Part shown: piece by piece, positions 1-8,077 of the stretch
Layout of the letters: every line of letters begins with the position of its first letter
Numbering within the stretch: the first letter of the stretch is position 1
IMG/VR virus record: IMGVR_UViG_2548876702_000015
Span: 1 to 26,172 of that record
Reading direction: 5' to 3' (one strand)
Source: a virus
Taxonomy: Duplodnaviria; Heunggongvirae; Uroviricota; Caudoviricetes
Length of the DNA: 26,172 bases
Position numbers and translations under genes: made by a program
The notes under the pieces: model-generated
Told to the model about the DNA's origin: nothing
What the model saw: the letters and a program-made list of their open reading frames with translations, nothing else
Databases searched by the model: none

Positions 1-519
1 GAATATATTTCTACATCAACTGAATATCTCGCTGTCGGCGTCGGTATCCCGGCATGTTCCTGTCTGGATGCACCAGGTACACATAAAGCTGGTTATGCAA
101 TCTGTCGCTCTGTAGATTTAAATTCATGGGAATATGTGCCAGACCATCGCGGTGAAGTTGTCTATAGTACCGAAACGGGAGATACCAAAGAAATCACAGT
201 TCCGGGTGATTACCCTGAAAATACAACCACTATCGCCCCATTAACGCCATACGATAAATGGGATGGTGAGAAATGGGTGACGGATACCGAGGCACAGCAT
301 AGCGCCGCACTAGACGCGGCAGAAGTAAAGCGCCAGTCGCTGATTGATGCTGCAATGGCTTCCATCAGTCTGATTCAACTGAAATTACAGGCCGGGCGGA
401 AGCTGACGCAGCCAGAAAACACCCGACTTAACGCTGTGCTGGATTATATTGACGCGGTGACGGCAACAGATACCAGCACCGCACAGGATGTCATCTGGCC
501 TGAACTGCCGGAGGCGTAG
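1..519 (+). CDS. Tail fibre assembly chaperone, lambda Tfa-like (G'), 5'-partial: reading frame is open to window start
   Basis: Frame 1 has no stop from nt 1 to the stop at 517-519. Translation (..SWEYVPDHRGEVVY..YDKWDGEKWVTDTEA..DVIWPELP) matches the central and C-terminal parts of lambda Tfa as recalled. The track start at 136 is a GTG inside the open frame. Convergent with G, 3' ends overlap. Confidence 0.7.
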   Translation, partial: EYISTSTEYLAVGVGIPACSCLDAPGTHKAGYAICRSVDLNSWEYVPDHRGEVVYSTETGDTKEITVPGDYPENTTTIAPLTPYDKWDGEKWVTDTEAQHSAALDAAEVKRQSLIDAAMASISLIQLKLQAGRKLTQPENTRLNAVLDYIDAVTATDTSTAQDVIWPELPEA

Positions 520-931
520 GCCATTCAATATCTGGCGCACCGGAAGTATCGACCAGTTCCAGTGCGTCCAGATAATCCAGCCACAAATTATATTGCACCA
601 GTTCCTCACCTTTCAGGCGACCAATCGCCGCTTTACCAGGCCATTGCTTACTGTTTATGTATTCGTTGACCTGATTAATCAACTGCTGCTTTTTCAGTTC
701 GGCTGCGGCAATTTGTTCCTCATGAGTTGGCGGTGGAATATCAATCCATGCAGGCATTCCGTCGATGACACCTCTGTATTTTCCTTCTGGTGCTTCCTTC
801 ATAAATTCGGCAGCAACAGTGTCGTCAATTTCGATTCCATCATCGGGCCATTCGCCGGATTCCTGATAAGCGATTTTAAGCTCCACAGGGAAAAACGCAT
901 TTTTATCGGCACTGAAAATATATTTCTGCAT
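491..931 (-). CDS. G: Tail fibre assembly protein (P2 G-like)
   Basis: 146 aa, ATG at 931-929 directly after the H stop. C-terminal Tfa signature (..LWLDYLDALELVDTSGAPDIEWPTPP). Position downstream of H. Confidence 0.8.
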   Translation of the reverse strand: MQKYIFSADKNAFFPVELKIAYQESGEWPDDGIEIDDTVAAEFMKEAPEGKYRGVIDGMPAWIDIPPPTHEEQIAAAELKKQQLINQVNEYINSKQWPGKAAIGRLKGEELVQYNLWLDYLDALELVDTSGAPDIEWPTPPAVQAR

Positions 932-933
932 TT

Positions 934-2340
934 CTACCGTCCTATCGAAATATAACTGAATCTGTATTGCTGTGAGATATCACTGGTTGCCACACGCCAC
1001 GCTGAATTACTGATATGTTCAAAATTTACAGACAAAACCTGCGGGGCAGGAATCGACGGGTCTGACTGAACGGCATCAGACATAACACTGACTGAAACCA
1101 TCGGCTGATTAGGGAATGGTATAGGGAAGTGTCCACTGATAAAGCGGGTCGTGTTTCCTGCAAAAGTGCCAAACTGAACAATATATCCACCTGGTAGCCT
1201 GAACCATCCCGAGCCAGAAGCGAATGCTCCCATATCCGGTATCTGATTATCTCCTGTGCCCACATTCCGTTTTGCCGCTTCTCCCAAACCAAGGTATGCG
1301 AGAAGACCAGCTACATCCTTTCCACTCAAATTGGTAAGCGTATTGTCCAGCGGTTGTTTACCTGCCAGCGCATTAAGCATTGTCGTGGCAAAGTTCGGAT
1401 CATTCCCCAGTGCCGCCGCCAGTTCGTTCAGTGTATCCAGTGCAGCAGGTGCAGAACCCACCATTCCTGCAATCGCCGATTTCACAAAAGCCGTAGTGGC
1501 AATCTGTGTATTGTTGACCGACTGCGCCGCCGTGGGGGCTGTTGGCGTTCCGGTGAGTGCCGGACTCGACAACGGTGCTTTTAGTGCCAGCGCATTGTTA
1601 ATGGTGGTACTGAAATTCGGATCATTGTTAATGGCTGCGGCTATTTCTTTCAGCGTGTCCAGCGTGGCTGGCGCACCATTAATAAGGGCCGTCAGTGCCG
1701 CCTGTACAAACGCAGTGGTCGCAACCTGCGTGGTATTATCCCCCGCCGCTGGCGTTGGCGCTTTGGGGGTTCCGGTAAATGTCGGGCTGGCTTTTGGCGC
1801 GTACTGTGAATGCGGGTCCGGTGCGGCAAGATGTTTTGCCATCTGATCATCCGCGTACACCTTCAGCTCCAGTACCTTGTCATCCACATACTTGCGGGTT
1901 GCCAGCACTACAGCAGGGTCGATTTTCAGGGTGATATTGTCCGTGCTTCTGGTAATCAGCACCATGCGCACGGTCTGAGTACGCCCGCTACCTTCAGCCA
2001 GTTGCGGCTTATAGCTTTCCGGGCAGTTGCCCACGGCAATCAATGCCCCGGACTCATCAAACAAGCCCACTTCACGTATCCACCAACCGCCCTCGTTTTC
2101 AGGGATCACCTGTTCGGCAATAATCTGGCTGCTGTTCTGCGGGTCGATATAAAGCATATTCAGCGCAGCCCGGCGTTTCTCATTTACCAGTGCCGTCTGC
2201 TTTGCGTCCGGCGTTGGCAATACTCCACCGCCATCGCCCACCGCCATATGGGTAATTTTTAGCGGCACACCGAGCGCGGCGGCGCTGGCAAGTTTCGCCG
2301 CGCCAATATCCGTCAGCAGGGTATAAAATTTTGTGCTCAT
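934..2340 (-). CDS. H: Tail fibre protein (P2 H-like), conserved N-terminal baseplate-attachment part plus variable C-terminal receptor-binding part
   Basis: 468 aa. N-terminus MSTKFYTLLTDIGAAKLASAAALGVPLKITHMAVGDGGG is the typical P2 H-family start. Internal Ala/Thr-rich shaft repeats. Followed by G. Confidence 0.85.
   Translation of the reverse strand: MSTKFYTLLTDIGAAKLASAAALGVPLKITHMAVGDGGGVLPTPDAKQTALVNEKRRAALNMLYIDPQNSSQIIAEQVIPENEGGWWIREVGLFDESGALIAVGNCPESYKPQLAEGSGRTQTVRMVLITRSTDNITLKIDPAVVLATRKYVDDKVLELKVYADDQMAKHLAAPDPHSQYAPKASPTFTGTPKAPTPAAGDNTTQVATTAFVQAALTALINGAPATLDTLKEIAAAINNDPNFSTTINNALALKAPLSSPALTGTPTAPTAAQSVNNTQIATTAFVKSAIAGMVGSAPAALDTLNELAAALGNDPNFATTMLNALAGKQPLDNTLTNLSGKDVAGLLAYLGLGEAAKRNVGTGDNQIPDMGAFASGSGWFRLPGGYIVQFGTFAGNTTRFISGHFPIPFPNQPMVSVSVMSDAVQSDPSIPAPQVLSVNFEHISNSAWRVATSDISQQYRFSYISIGR
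1279..1304. other. Candidate 26-bp Hin/Gin/Cin/Pin-family crossover site (hix/gix-like) inside H at the constant/variable junction
   Basis: TTCTCCCAAACC-AA-GGTATGCGAGAA is an imperfect palindrome (10 of 12 half-site positions symmetric) with a central AA. It matches about 19 of 26 positions of hixL (TTCTTGAAAACCAAGGTTTTTGATAA) as recalled. It encodes LLAYLGLGEAA at H residues ~346-356. The partner site would lie upstream of the window. Confidence 0.45.
1321..1740 (-). repeat. Imperfect tandem duplication (~220-bp unit, 2 copies) inside H encoding a repeated shaft motif
   Basis: Protein residues ~201-270 and ~275-340 repeat the pattern NTTQ(V/I)ATTAFV..GAPA.LDTL.E.AAA..NDPNF.TT..NALA.K. The DNA copies are visibly similar (e.g. 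cattgt..ggatcatt.. at ~1379 and ~1596). Boundaries are approximate. Confidence 0.55.
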
Positions 2341-2942
2341 GGATTCACTCTCATTGTGTCAATAACATGGACCGCCCCGCCTTCATGCGCGGTGCCACCG
2401 GAAATAATCGTTTCGTTGATATACGGATAGATCGTGATTTCTTCGCCAAGATAGCTGGCGGCTCCCACCCAATGCGGGCCGCTGGTCTGCAGATTGATGG
2501 ACATGCCGATCATGTGACGGCTACATGGTTTGGCATCGCTTATCAGTCGCTCAAGTTCCAGATAGGTATCTTCAGTGATGCCCTGGTCCTGCACACCAAT
2601 GTCCAGACGAAACGTGCCCGGTGTTTCTCCGGTCTGCCACCACTCAATAATGCGGATCAGGAAGCCGAACGGCTCCACCACCCGCCGTACGGCACTGGTG
2701 GTTCCTTTGTGCTGATGAATATAAAAAGCATCCTTCACTACCTGGCGTTTGACGCTTTCTGTCCAGCCCTCGTCCCAGCGATCCACAGAGAACGCCCAGG
2801 CGAGATAAGGCAGGAAGCTGACCGGACAGGTAGCCGGATTCCACAAGTCACGCAGCGGCACCTGCAAATCAGAAATCCCGCTACAGGTTTGCGCCAGTCG
2901 GCGCTCCAGTGAAGTTGAACCCGGTGGCAGCAGACTATTCAT
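2337..2942 (-). CDS. I: Baseplate assembly protein (P2 gpI-like)
   Basis: 201 aa, ATG at 2942-2940, start overlaps J stop and stop overlaps H start. Position between J and H as in P2. Confidence 0.8.
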   Translation of the reverse strand: MNSLLPPGSTSLERRLAQTCSGISDLQVPLRDLWNPATCPVSFLPYLAWAFSVDRWDEGWTESVKRQVVKDAFYIHQHKGTTSAVRRVVEPFGFLIRIIEWWQTGETPGTFRLDIGVQDQGITEDTYLELERLISDAKPCSRHMIGMSINLQTSGPHWVGAASYLGEEITIYPYINETIISGGTAHEGGAVHVIDTMRVNP

Positions 2943-3843
2943 CCGTTCCTCCGTTGGCTACGCTCCACTGCGTACATGATGCCGCCTGTGTTTTGTTCAG
3001 GACCACATCCGCCAGCGGAGAAGCCAGTTCCACACGTTGAACACCCTCAACATGCAGAGCAGCAAAGATGGCGCTACGGCGAATATCCCGGCCAAGCCTC
3101 GTCTGGCTGGCAATGTACTTCTGCAGACTGGCTTTTGCCGCTGCCATTACCGGCTCTGCTTCCGGTCCCGGATAGAGAAAAATGGTGGCTTCCACGCGAT
3201 ACGGGATGATTTCTGCGCTGCGAACCGTAAGACGGTCAGCCACCGGGCGGACGTTCTCACTGTTCAGAGCTTTTTCCACCACGTCCAGCAGGTCTTTTTC
3301 TGCAGTTCCATCGCCTTCGCGGCTAAGGACAGTCAGCACCACCTCTGCAGGTGCCGGGCTGGTTGCACTGGCATCCGCCACCCGACCGTCGGCGCTTCGG
3401 GCATGAAATTCATAAGCTGCAGTTGGCCCCGCAACAGAAAGCCCTTCAAAGGCTGCAGGCACACGCAGGCGCAACGCTTCATCGCTTTCCATCACAGCTG
3501 CAACGGGCGGCACAACATCATTATCAGCAGGCGTCACCGTCAGGCGTGTCACGTTGTAGTTGGCAGCGAGCTGGTCAAGATCGCCGCCCATCGCGTAAGC
3601 CACCATCACCGCCTGCGCGGCTTCGTTAATGCGCTGGCGCAGAAGCAACTCACGATAAGCGTTCTCCTGCAACAATTTGGTAACGGGTTCAGATTCCAGT
3701 TCCAGCGTGCGGATCACTGCTTCCTGCTCATCTTTCGGATGAAGCGCCACAAATTCGGCCTTGCGTTCGGCAAGCAGCGTCTCAAAGTCCGGCACATCCA
3801 CAATCTGCGGCGCAGGCAACTGCGAAAGGTCAATCACTGCCAT
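2935..3843 (-). CDS. J: Baseplate assembly protein J (P2 gpJ-like)
   Basis: ATG at 3843-3841 preceded by an AGGAG Shine-Dalgarno; 302 aa from MAVIDLSQLPAPQ. The track's longer form (to 3882) lacks an SD and would overlap W by more than 50 nt. Confidence 0.85.
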   Translation of the reverse strand: MAVIDLSQLPAPQIVDVPDFETLLAERKAEFVALHPKDEQEAVIRTLELESEPVTKLLQENAYRELLLRQRINEAAQAVMVAYAMGGDLDQLAANYNVTRLTVTPADNDVVPPVAAVMESDEALRLRVPAAFEGLSVAGPTAAYEFHARSADGRVADASATSPAPAEVVLTVLSREGDGTAEKDLLDVVEKALNSENVRPVADRLTVRSAEIIPYRVEATIFLYPGPEAEPVMAAAKASLQKYIASQTRLGRDIRRSAIFAALHVEGVQRVELASPLADVVLNKTQAASCTQWSVANGGTDE

Positions 3844-4189
3844 TCTCTGCTCCTGTTGATACGGAAAGGGAAACAGGCACACCGTTATTACGCCGCCCGC
3901 TCAGCTCCACCACCATTGAACCGTCAAAATGGCTGTTGATGGTGATGGAATCCAGCGTCAGCCGTGGCTCCCAGCGACTCAGCGCCACATACACTGCCGA
4001 CATGACCTGCAGGCGTAACGCCGGATTTTGTGGCTGGTCTATCAGTGCCGACAGCAGGGAACCATATTCACGGCGAGCAATGCGGCTACCTTGCGGCGTC
4101 AGCAGAATGTCCCGCACCGACTGGCGCAGATGGTCAATATCAGTAATGACTTTGCCGCTGGTATTGTTCATCCCACTATAAAGCGTCAT
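3830..4189 (-). CDS. W: Baseplate wedge protein W (GPW/gp25 family)
   Basis: 119 aa, ATG at 4189-4187 overlapping the V stop (ATGA). Size and position match P2 gpW. Confidence 0.85.
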   Translation of the reverse strand: MTLYSGMNNTSGKVITDIDHLRQSVRDILLTPQGSRIARREYGSLLSALIDQPQNPALRLQVMSAVYVALSRWEPRLTLDSITINSHFDGSMVVELSGRRNNGVPVSLSVSTGAENGSD

Positions 4190-4764
4190 ACCGGGCCTCC
4201 GGTTGTATCGCCGCCTTTCAGGACGCCAGTATGCTGATGCGTATCAACCACGATCCCGTTAGAACTCATCGCTCCGCCGCCCTGGGTAACGCCACCATTG
4301 ATCACCACTTCGCTGTTAATGCGCGTGCGGTCAGCCTCCAGTACAAACTCACTGGTTTTCATGGTGATGTTGTCAGCGGCCTCAATGACCATTGATTTGA
4401 TGCCCCTGACATACCAGCGCCCGGTGGCGGGTTCGTATTCAAACCAGCCACCGTCAGGATGTTCTGTCACGCAGGCGTTCGCCGACGTCGACGGTGGCGC
4501 GAACTGATTCGAATAGATGGCGGGTAACGCAAAGGCGGTTTCCAGATTGCCGCCCAGACTCAGCAGCACCACCTGCTCACCTTCTGATGGTCGCCACCAT
4601 GTGCGGGCATTCCCGGCACGCAGCGTCAGCCAGCTGATCCAGTTGGTTTCAAGCTCGCCTGTTTTCACCCGACAAAGCCAGTTTTCCCGGTCCACTTCGG
4701 TGACTACACCTGTGCGGATCAGATTGGTGATAAGGCGCATGATTTCGGTTAATTGTGCGTTCAT
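4186..4764 (-). CDS. V: Baseplate spike/hub protein V (P2 gpV-like)
   Basis: 192 aa, ATG at 4764-4762. Gly-rich C-terminus typical of gpV spikes. Position between S and W. Confidence 0.85.
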   Translation of the reverse strand: MNAQLTEIMRLITNLIRTGVVTEVDRENWLCRVKTGELETNWISWLTLRAGNARTWWRPSEGEQVVLLSLGGNLETAFALPAIYSNQFAPPSTSANACVTEHPDGGWFEYEPATGRWYVRGIKSMVIEAADNITMKTSEFVLEADRTRINSEVVINGGVTQGGGAMSSNGIVVDTHQHTGVLKGGDTTGGPV

Positions 4765-4810
4765 AGGGAAAGGTTGCCATCAGGGGAAGAAAGGCGGCAG
4801 TGCTGCAACT

Positions 4811-4828
4811 TGTATCAGTGCTGATACA
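4811..4828 (-). promoter_or_regulatory. Candidate late-promoter activator site (Ogr/B-type TGT-N12-ACA dyad) upstream of V
   Basis: Perfect palindrome TTGTATCAGTGCTGATACAA containing TGT-N12-ACA, in the S-V intergenic gap. Centre is about 55 nt upstream of the V ATG. Confidence 0.5.
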
Positions 4829-4832
4829 AAGA

Positions 4833-5279
4833 TCACCCCGCCAGCCATTGCAGAATCATGTCGCGGGTCATTGCCTCAACATCATCATTTACACCCAGCA
4901 GGCGGCGCTCTGCGTAACGGACCTCCGGTCCTTTGCGACTGACGCGATCACGCAGACCGTAATGGTGAACACGGGCAATACGCTGCACCTTGCCTTCAAA
5001 CTGTACGCTGGCAGAGTCGGCGCTGGCGGCAGTTTTCAGGTATTTTGTGGTGCGCAGCTTTGCAAACATCTGACGTTTGATGCGCCCCTTCTTGCTGCGT
5101 GCTGTTACCCTGCGCGGTTCATAACTGCTACCATCTGGATTGCGCTGCATCCTGATATTCTGCTGCTGTGTCCGGCGCAGTTCCTGCGCCAGCTGGCGCA
5201 TCATGCGGCTTCTCGAGGCTGGTTCCAGATTCGCCAGCAAGGCACTCAGCCAGTCGTCCACCTTCTGCAGTTCAGCCAC
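4833..5279 (-). CDS. S: Tail completion protein S (P2 gpS-like)
   Basis: 148 aa, GTG start at 5279-5277 overlapping the R stop. Position and size match P2 gpS. Confidence 0.8.
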   Translation of the reverse strand: MAELQKVDDWLSALLANLEPASRSRMMRQLAQELRRTQQQNIRMQRNPDGSSYEPRRVTARSKKGRIKRQMFAKLRTTKYLKTAASADSASVQFEGKVQRIARVHHYGLRDRVSRKGPEVRYAERRLLGVNDDVEAMTRDMILQWLAG

Positions 5280-5703
5280 GTTTCACCGTCCACATTTCTT
5301 CAGGTGCATCAGGTTCCGCTATAGCTTCAACGCTCGACACACTGCCGTCAGTGCTGACCAGCACACGTTCCGTCAGTTGCAGGTTCAGGCTGATATCACA
5401 GACATCGTTGCGCAGAATATCCACCTCAAAGGTGAATAGCTTTTCCCGTAACGCCGGGTTATTGATGGCATCAGGCTGGTTATCCCTCAGCCACAGCAAA
5501 ACCGGGGCCATCAGCAGATTCTGGTCGCCGCTGAAATCCTCAATCACCGCGTTCAGTGTGTAACGGTACTCCCACGACATGGAGCTGGCCCCCGTGGCAA
5601 CCAGCGAACCGTTATCCACAAACAGATGCAGTTTGTCCGGGTTATTGCGGACATAAGGCACCGCTTTATTGAGGGCGTGGCGCAGGGATTGTGGTTTGTT
5701 CAC
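5272..5703 (-). CDS. R: Tail completion protein R (P2 gpR-like)
   Basis: Likely start is GTG at 5703-5701 with an AGGAG SD 7 nt upstream, giving ~143 aa. Aligns with the P2 gpR N-terminus (..KPDSLRRAL..FVDNG) as recalled. The track start at 5724 is TTG. Confidence 0.75.
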   Translation of the reverse strand: MNKPQSLRHALNKAVPYVRNNPDKLHLFVDNGSLVATGASSMSWEYRYTLNAVIEDFSGDQNLLMAPVLLWLRDNQPDAINNPALREKLFTFEVDILRNDVCDISLNLQLTERVLVSTDGSVSSVEAIAEPDAPEEMWTVKRG

Positions 5704-5956
5704 TGTTTCGCTCCTGACACGCAATAATCATGTCCACTTTGTCTGCACAGACCGCCCAGGCGGCCTCCGTTTCATCCAGCAACGCATTCAGATCACCGTT
5801 AGTGCGCGGTGCTGCCTGCTCCAGCCGACACGGCGTCACTCGCGGACAACCACTGACGGTAAGCTGCACCTCCGGTGAGTGCCGGACGTTCCCGCAGCCG
5901 GATAATGTCAGCAGGCAAAGGAGTATCAGCCCAGTGGCGTAAATCCTCGTTCTCAC
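5666..5956 (-). CDS. lysC: Outer-membrane spanin lipoprotein (LysC/Rz1-like), embedded in lysB and running into R in another frame
   Basis: Signal peptide plus lipobox LLTLSG-C in MRTRIYATGLILLCLLTLSGCGN. Nested out-of-frame in lysB and overlapping R as in the P2 lysB/lysC arrangement. Start codon uncertain (GTG at 5956). Confidence 0.65.
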   Translation of the reverse strand: MRTRIYATGLILLCLLTLSGCGNVRHSPEVQLTVSGCPRVTPCRLEQAAPRTNGDLNALLDETEAAWAVCADKVDMIIACQERNSEQTTIPAPRPQ

Positions 5957-6227
5957 GTTTCAGTTCCTCGATCCGGCGTTGTCGTTGTCTCAGCTGTGTG
6001 CTGGTCTGTTCTGCTTCGGCATAGAGCCGCGCCTGCTCCCGGTTATTGGTTTCAGTCAGAATGGACAGGCTGATAAGCTGGCTGTTGCTCTTTGCCAGTG
6101 CCTGGCTTTTGCTCTGCAGCTCGTTTGCCTGCGTGCTGATGGTCTGGCTGGCATCAGCCAGCCGCCACGTCTGCCAGCCCAGCGCCGCCAGTAATAACGC
6201 CAGCACAACCAGCAGCAACCGGTTCAT
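5799..6227 (-). CDS. lysB: Inner-membrane spanin (LysB/Rz-like)
   Basis: 142 aa with an N-terminal TM segment (LLLVVLALLLAALGW) then a coiled-coil-like Gln/Arg/Glu-rich periplasmic part. ATG at 6227-6225 overlapping the lysA stop. Confidence 0.75.
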   Translation of the reverse strand: MNRLLLVVLALLLAALGWQTWRLADASQTISTQANELQSKSQALAKSNSQLISLSILTETNNREQARLYAEAEQTSTQLRQRQRRIEELKRENEDLRHWADTPLPADIIRLRERPALTGGAAYRQWLSASDAVSAGAGSTAH

Positions 6228-6601
6228 GCTGCTACCTGTTGCGCCATCTGATTACGGGTGATCCAGAAGGCAATAACGGTCAGTAGATAAAAGACCAGGG
6301 TAATAGCCCACCCCGTCCATGCGAGACTTACAACAATCAGCAATCGCATCACCCAACAGATAAATACGTTTTCTTTTCGGGTAATTGTCTTCAGCAAAGA
6401 TGCCCTTAACTCCTGCCAGAGCGGGCCATTCTGAATTAACGCAGCCAGTGCTACCGGAATTACCGCCCATGTCAGCAAACAGGCTACCCAAACGCCGGAC
6501 GCTACCAGTACCGGAAAGATCCCCTGCGGATACACCATTGCTGCGATTAACAGCGCCATCCATAACATCAGAAACAGTCCGCTGATTAATTTCTTTTTCA
6601 T
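6224..6601 (-). CDS. lysA: Lysis regulatory membrane protein LysA-like
   Basis: ATG at 6601-6599 with a GGGAG SD, 2 nt after the endolysin stop. 125 aa, multi-TM hydrophobic protein. The track's longer form (to 6673) would overlap the endolysin gene. Confidence 0.6.
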   Translation of the reverse strand: MKKKLISGLFLMLWMALLIAAMVYPQGIFPVLVASGVWVACLLTWAVIPVALAALIQNGPLWQELRASLLKTITRKENVFICWVMRLLIVVSLAWTGWAITLVFYLLTVIAFWITRNQMAQQVAA

Positions 6602-6602
6602 T

Positions 6603-7115
6603 TCAGTTTGCTCCCTGTAAACACCAGGCCATCTCCCGCGCACGGCGGTTATCCAGCCCCTGATTAAACACACCTTTTACATAAACCCAACGCGGCAACT
6701 GTCGGCACGCATCCGCCCAGCGCCGCTGATTGAGCAATTTCACCAGCGTGGAACTACAGGCATTGCCCGTCCCCACGTTGAAGGCAAACGACACCGTAGC
6801 GTCATACACCTTCTGTGGTGGCTGTTGCTTCACACACCTTTCCAGTGCCCGCTCCACACGCAGCACGTTGGAGATCAGCCCTTCTGCTGCCTGTCGTTCC
6901 GTGATTGTTTTGCCGGGAATGACGCCCGATGTATTACCAATGCCGTCGGTCCAGACACCCGCGCTGCACTGATACGGCTGCAGACGACAGCCTTCGTAAT
7001 CGGCAATCAGTTTCAGCCCCTCCACGGAGGTGTGAAGCTGCTGAAAACCCGGCAGCGTGGCAGCAATAGCCAGCACGGCCCCGACAAGGCAGCGTTTAAC
7101 GATTGATGGATTCAT
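6603..7115 (-). CDS. Endolysin, T4-lysozyme-fold with probable N-terminal SAR (signal-anchor-release) domain
   Basis: 170 aa. Gly/Ala-rich hydrophobic N-terminus (VKRCLVGAVLAIAATLPGF). Catalytic E-x8-D-x5-T-like triad in YEGCRLQPYQCSAGVWTDGIGNT. Confidence 0.8.
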   Translation of the reverse strand: MNPSIVKRCLVGAVLAIAATLPGFQQLHTSVEGLKLIADYEGCRLQPYQCSAGVWTDGIGNTSGVIPGKTITERQAAEGLISNVLRVERALERCVKQQPPQKVYDATVSFAFNVGTGNACSSTLVKLLNQRRWADACRQLPRWVYVKGVFNQGLDNRRAREMAWCLQGAN

Positions 7116-7311
7116 AGTCCTCCCGCGAGATCTGCCCGTCGCGCAGAAGCTGGTAGGCTTTGTGTTTGTAGTACCAGTTGATAGCCAGCATCAGCACACC
7201 AATCATCAGGCCGCCCAGCGTTGAGGCATCCTTGATGGACAAATCGCCCAGCCAGGCCAGCACGACGGCGATGCAATACGTGATAAAGGCGCTGATTCGC
7301 TCAAGCGTCAT
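7096..7311 (-). CDS. Holin (small two-TM membrane protein; pinholin-like given the SAR endolysin)
   Basis: 71 aa, two hydrophobic segments and a charged C-terminus (..LLRDGQISREDYESINR). ATG at 7311-7309. Immediately upstream of the endolysin. Confidence 0.6.
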   Translation of the reverse strand: MTLERISAFITYCIAVVLAWLGDLSIKDASTLGGLMIGVLMLAINWYYKHKAYQLLRDGQISREDYESINR

Positions 7312-7314
7312 AAT

Positions 7315-7518
7315 TCAGTCCCATAGCTGGACGGTCTGCACGGTGGTGGTGGTCGGTATGTCCGGCAGCTCCACCTGCAGCCCGTGAGGTAAAAAGGGGC
7401 CGTATTCGGCAAGCCCCGGATTTGCCTTCAGTACCTGCTCCGTGACACCCTGCGTGCGCCCGTAATGACGCCAGCAAAGCGCGTCCACCGTGTCATACTG
7501 ATACGCACGCACTTTCAT
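7315..7518 (-). CDS. X: Tail protein X (P2 gpX-like)
   Basis: 67 aa, ATG at 7518-7516 overlapping the L stop (ATGA). Size and position as P2 gpX. Confidence 0.8.
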   Translation of the reverse strand: MKVRAYQYDTVDALCWRHYGRTQGVTEQVLKANPGLAEYGPFLPHGLQVELPDIPTTTTVQTVQLWD

Positions 7519-7982
7519 CAGATAAGCTCCACTGTGCAGTGCGGCGCATCCTGCACCCGGCTGATGGCCCAGCGGGCGTCACGCCACAAATCACCGCTGG
7601 CTTCCGCCAGTTCTTCGCCTCGCTTCACACCGGATGCCGTGGCGTCATAGTCCTGGTATCGTTCGTTGAGCATGGCGCGTGCCCAGCAGTAAACCGCGTT
7701 GAAATAGTGCTGAATGCGCTCACTTTTCCCGTCCAGCTGTTCCGCCGGAACCTCTGCCAGCGAGGCATACCCCAGCATCTGCTGGCGTCTGCGAAACTCA
7801 TACAGCTCTGCGTTGACCTCCGAAATTGCCGACAGGGCAACCTGCTTTAAACGCGGCTGCGTCACCGTGCCGTCAGTGCGCATGACACTGCGAAACTCCG
7901 ACAGGTCCACATCAGGCCAGAACGGCGTATTTCTGATGATTTCCGCCTGTTCCGGTGCCTGTTCTGGCGCAACAAACTTCAT
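7518..7982 (-). CDS. L: Head completion/stabilisation protein L (P2 gpL-like)
   Basis: ATG at 7982-7980 preceded by AGGAG; 154 aa from MKFVAPEQ. The track's N-terminal extension (to 8045) is probably not translated. Confidence 0.8.
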   Translation of the reverse strand: MKFVAPEQAPEQAEIIRNTPFWPDVDLSEFRSVMRTDGTVTQPRLKQVALSAISEVNAELYEFRRRQQMLGYASLAEVPAEQLDGKSERIQHYFNAVYCWARAMLNERYQDYDATASGVKRGEELAEASGDLWRDARWAISRVQDAPHCTVELI

Positions 7983-8077
7983 GCTGCTTTCTCCTGAAAT
8001 AGAGGGCGGTGGACGGGGTTTTGATGAGGCTGTGCCTTTCGCCACCCCGTGCCGCCCGTGCGCGGGGGCACGTTCTG

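Noticed and set aside
1256-1846. 196-aa ORF on the plus strand inside the H gene
   Set aside because: Antisense shadow of H. Its Ala/Ser/Val-rich low-complexity translation just mirrors the H shaft repeats, and there is no start signal or gene context.
3037-3939. 300-aa plus-strand ORF overlapping J and W
   Set aside because: Antisense shadow of well-supported baseplate genes. The translation is Cys/His/Arg-rich and not protein-like.
6224-6673. Longer 149-aa form of lysA overlapping the endolysin gene
   Set aside because: It would overlap the endolysin by ~70 nt. The ATG at 6601 with a GGGAG SD immediately after the endolysin stop is the more economical start.
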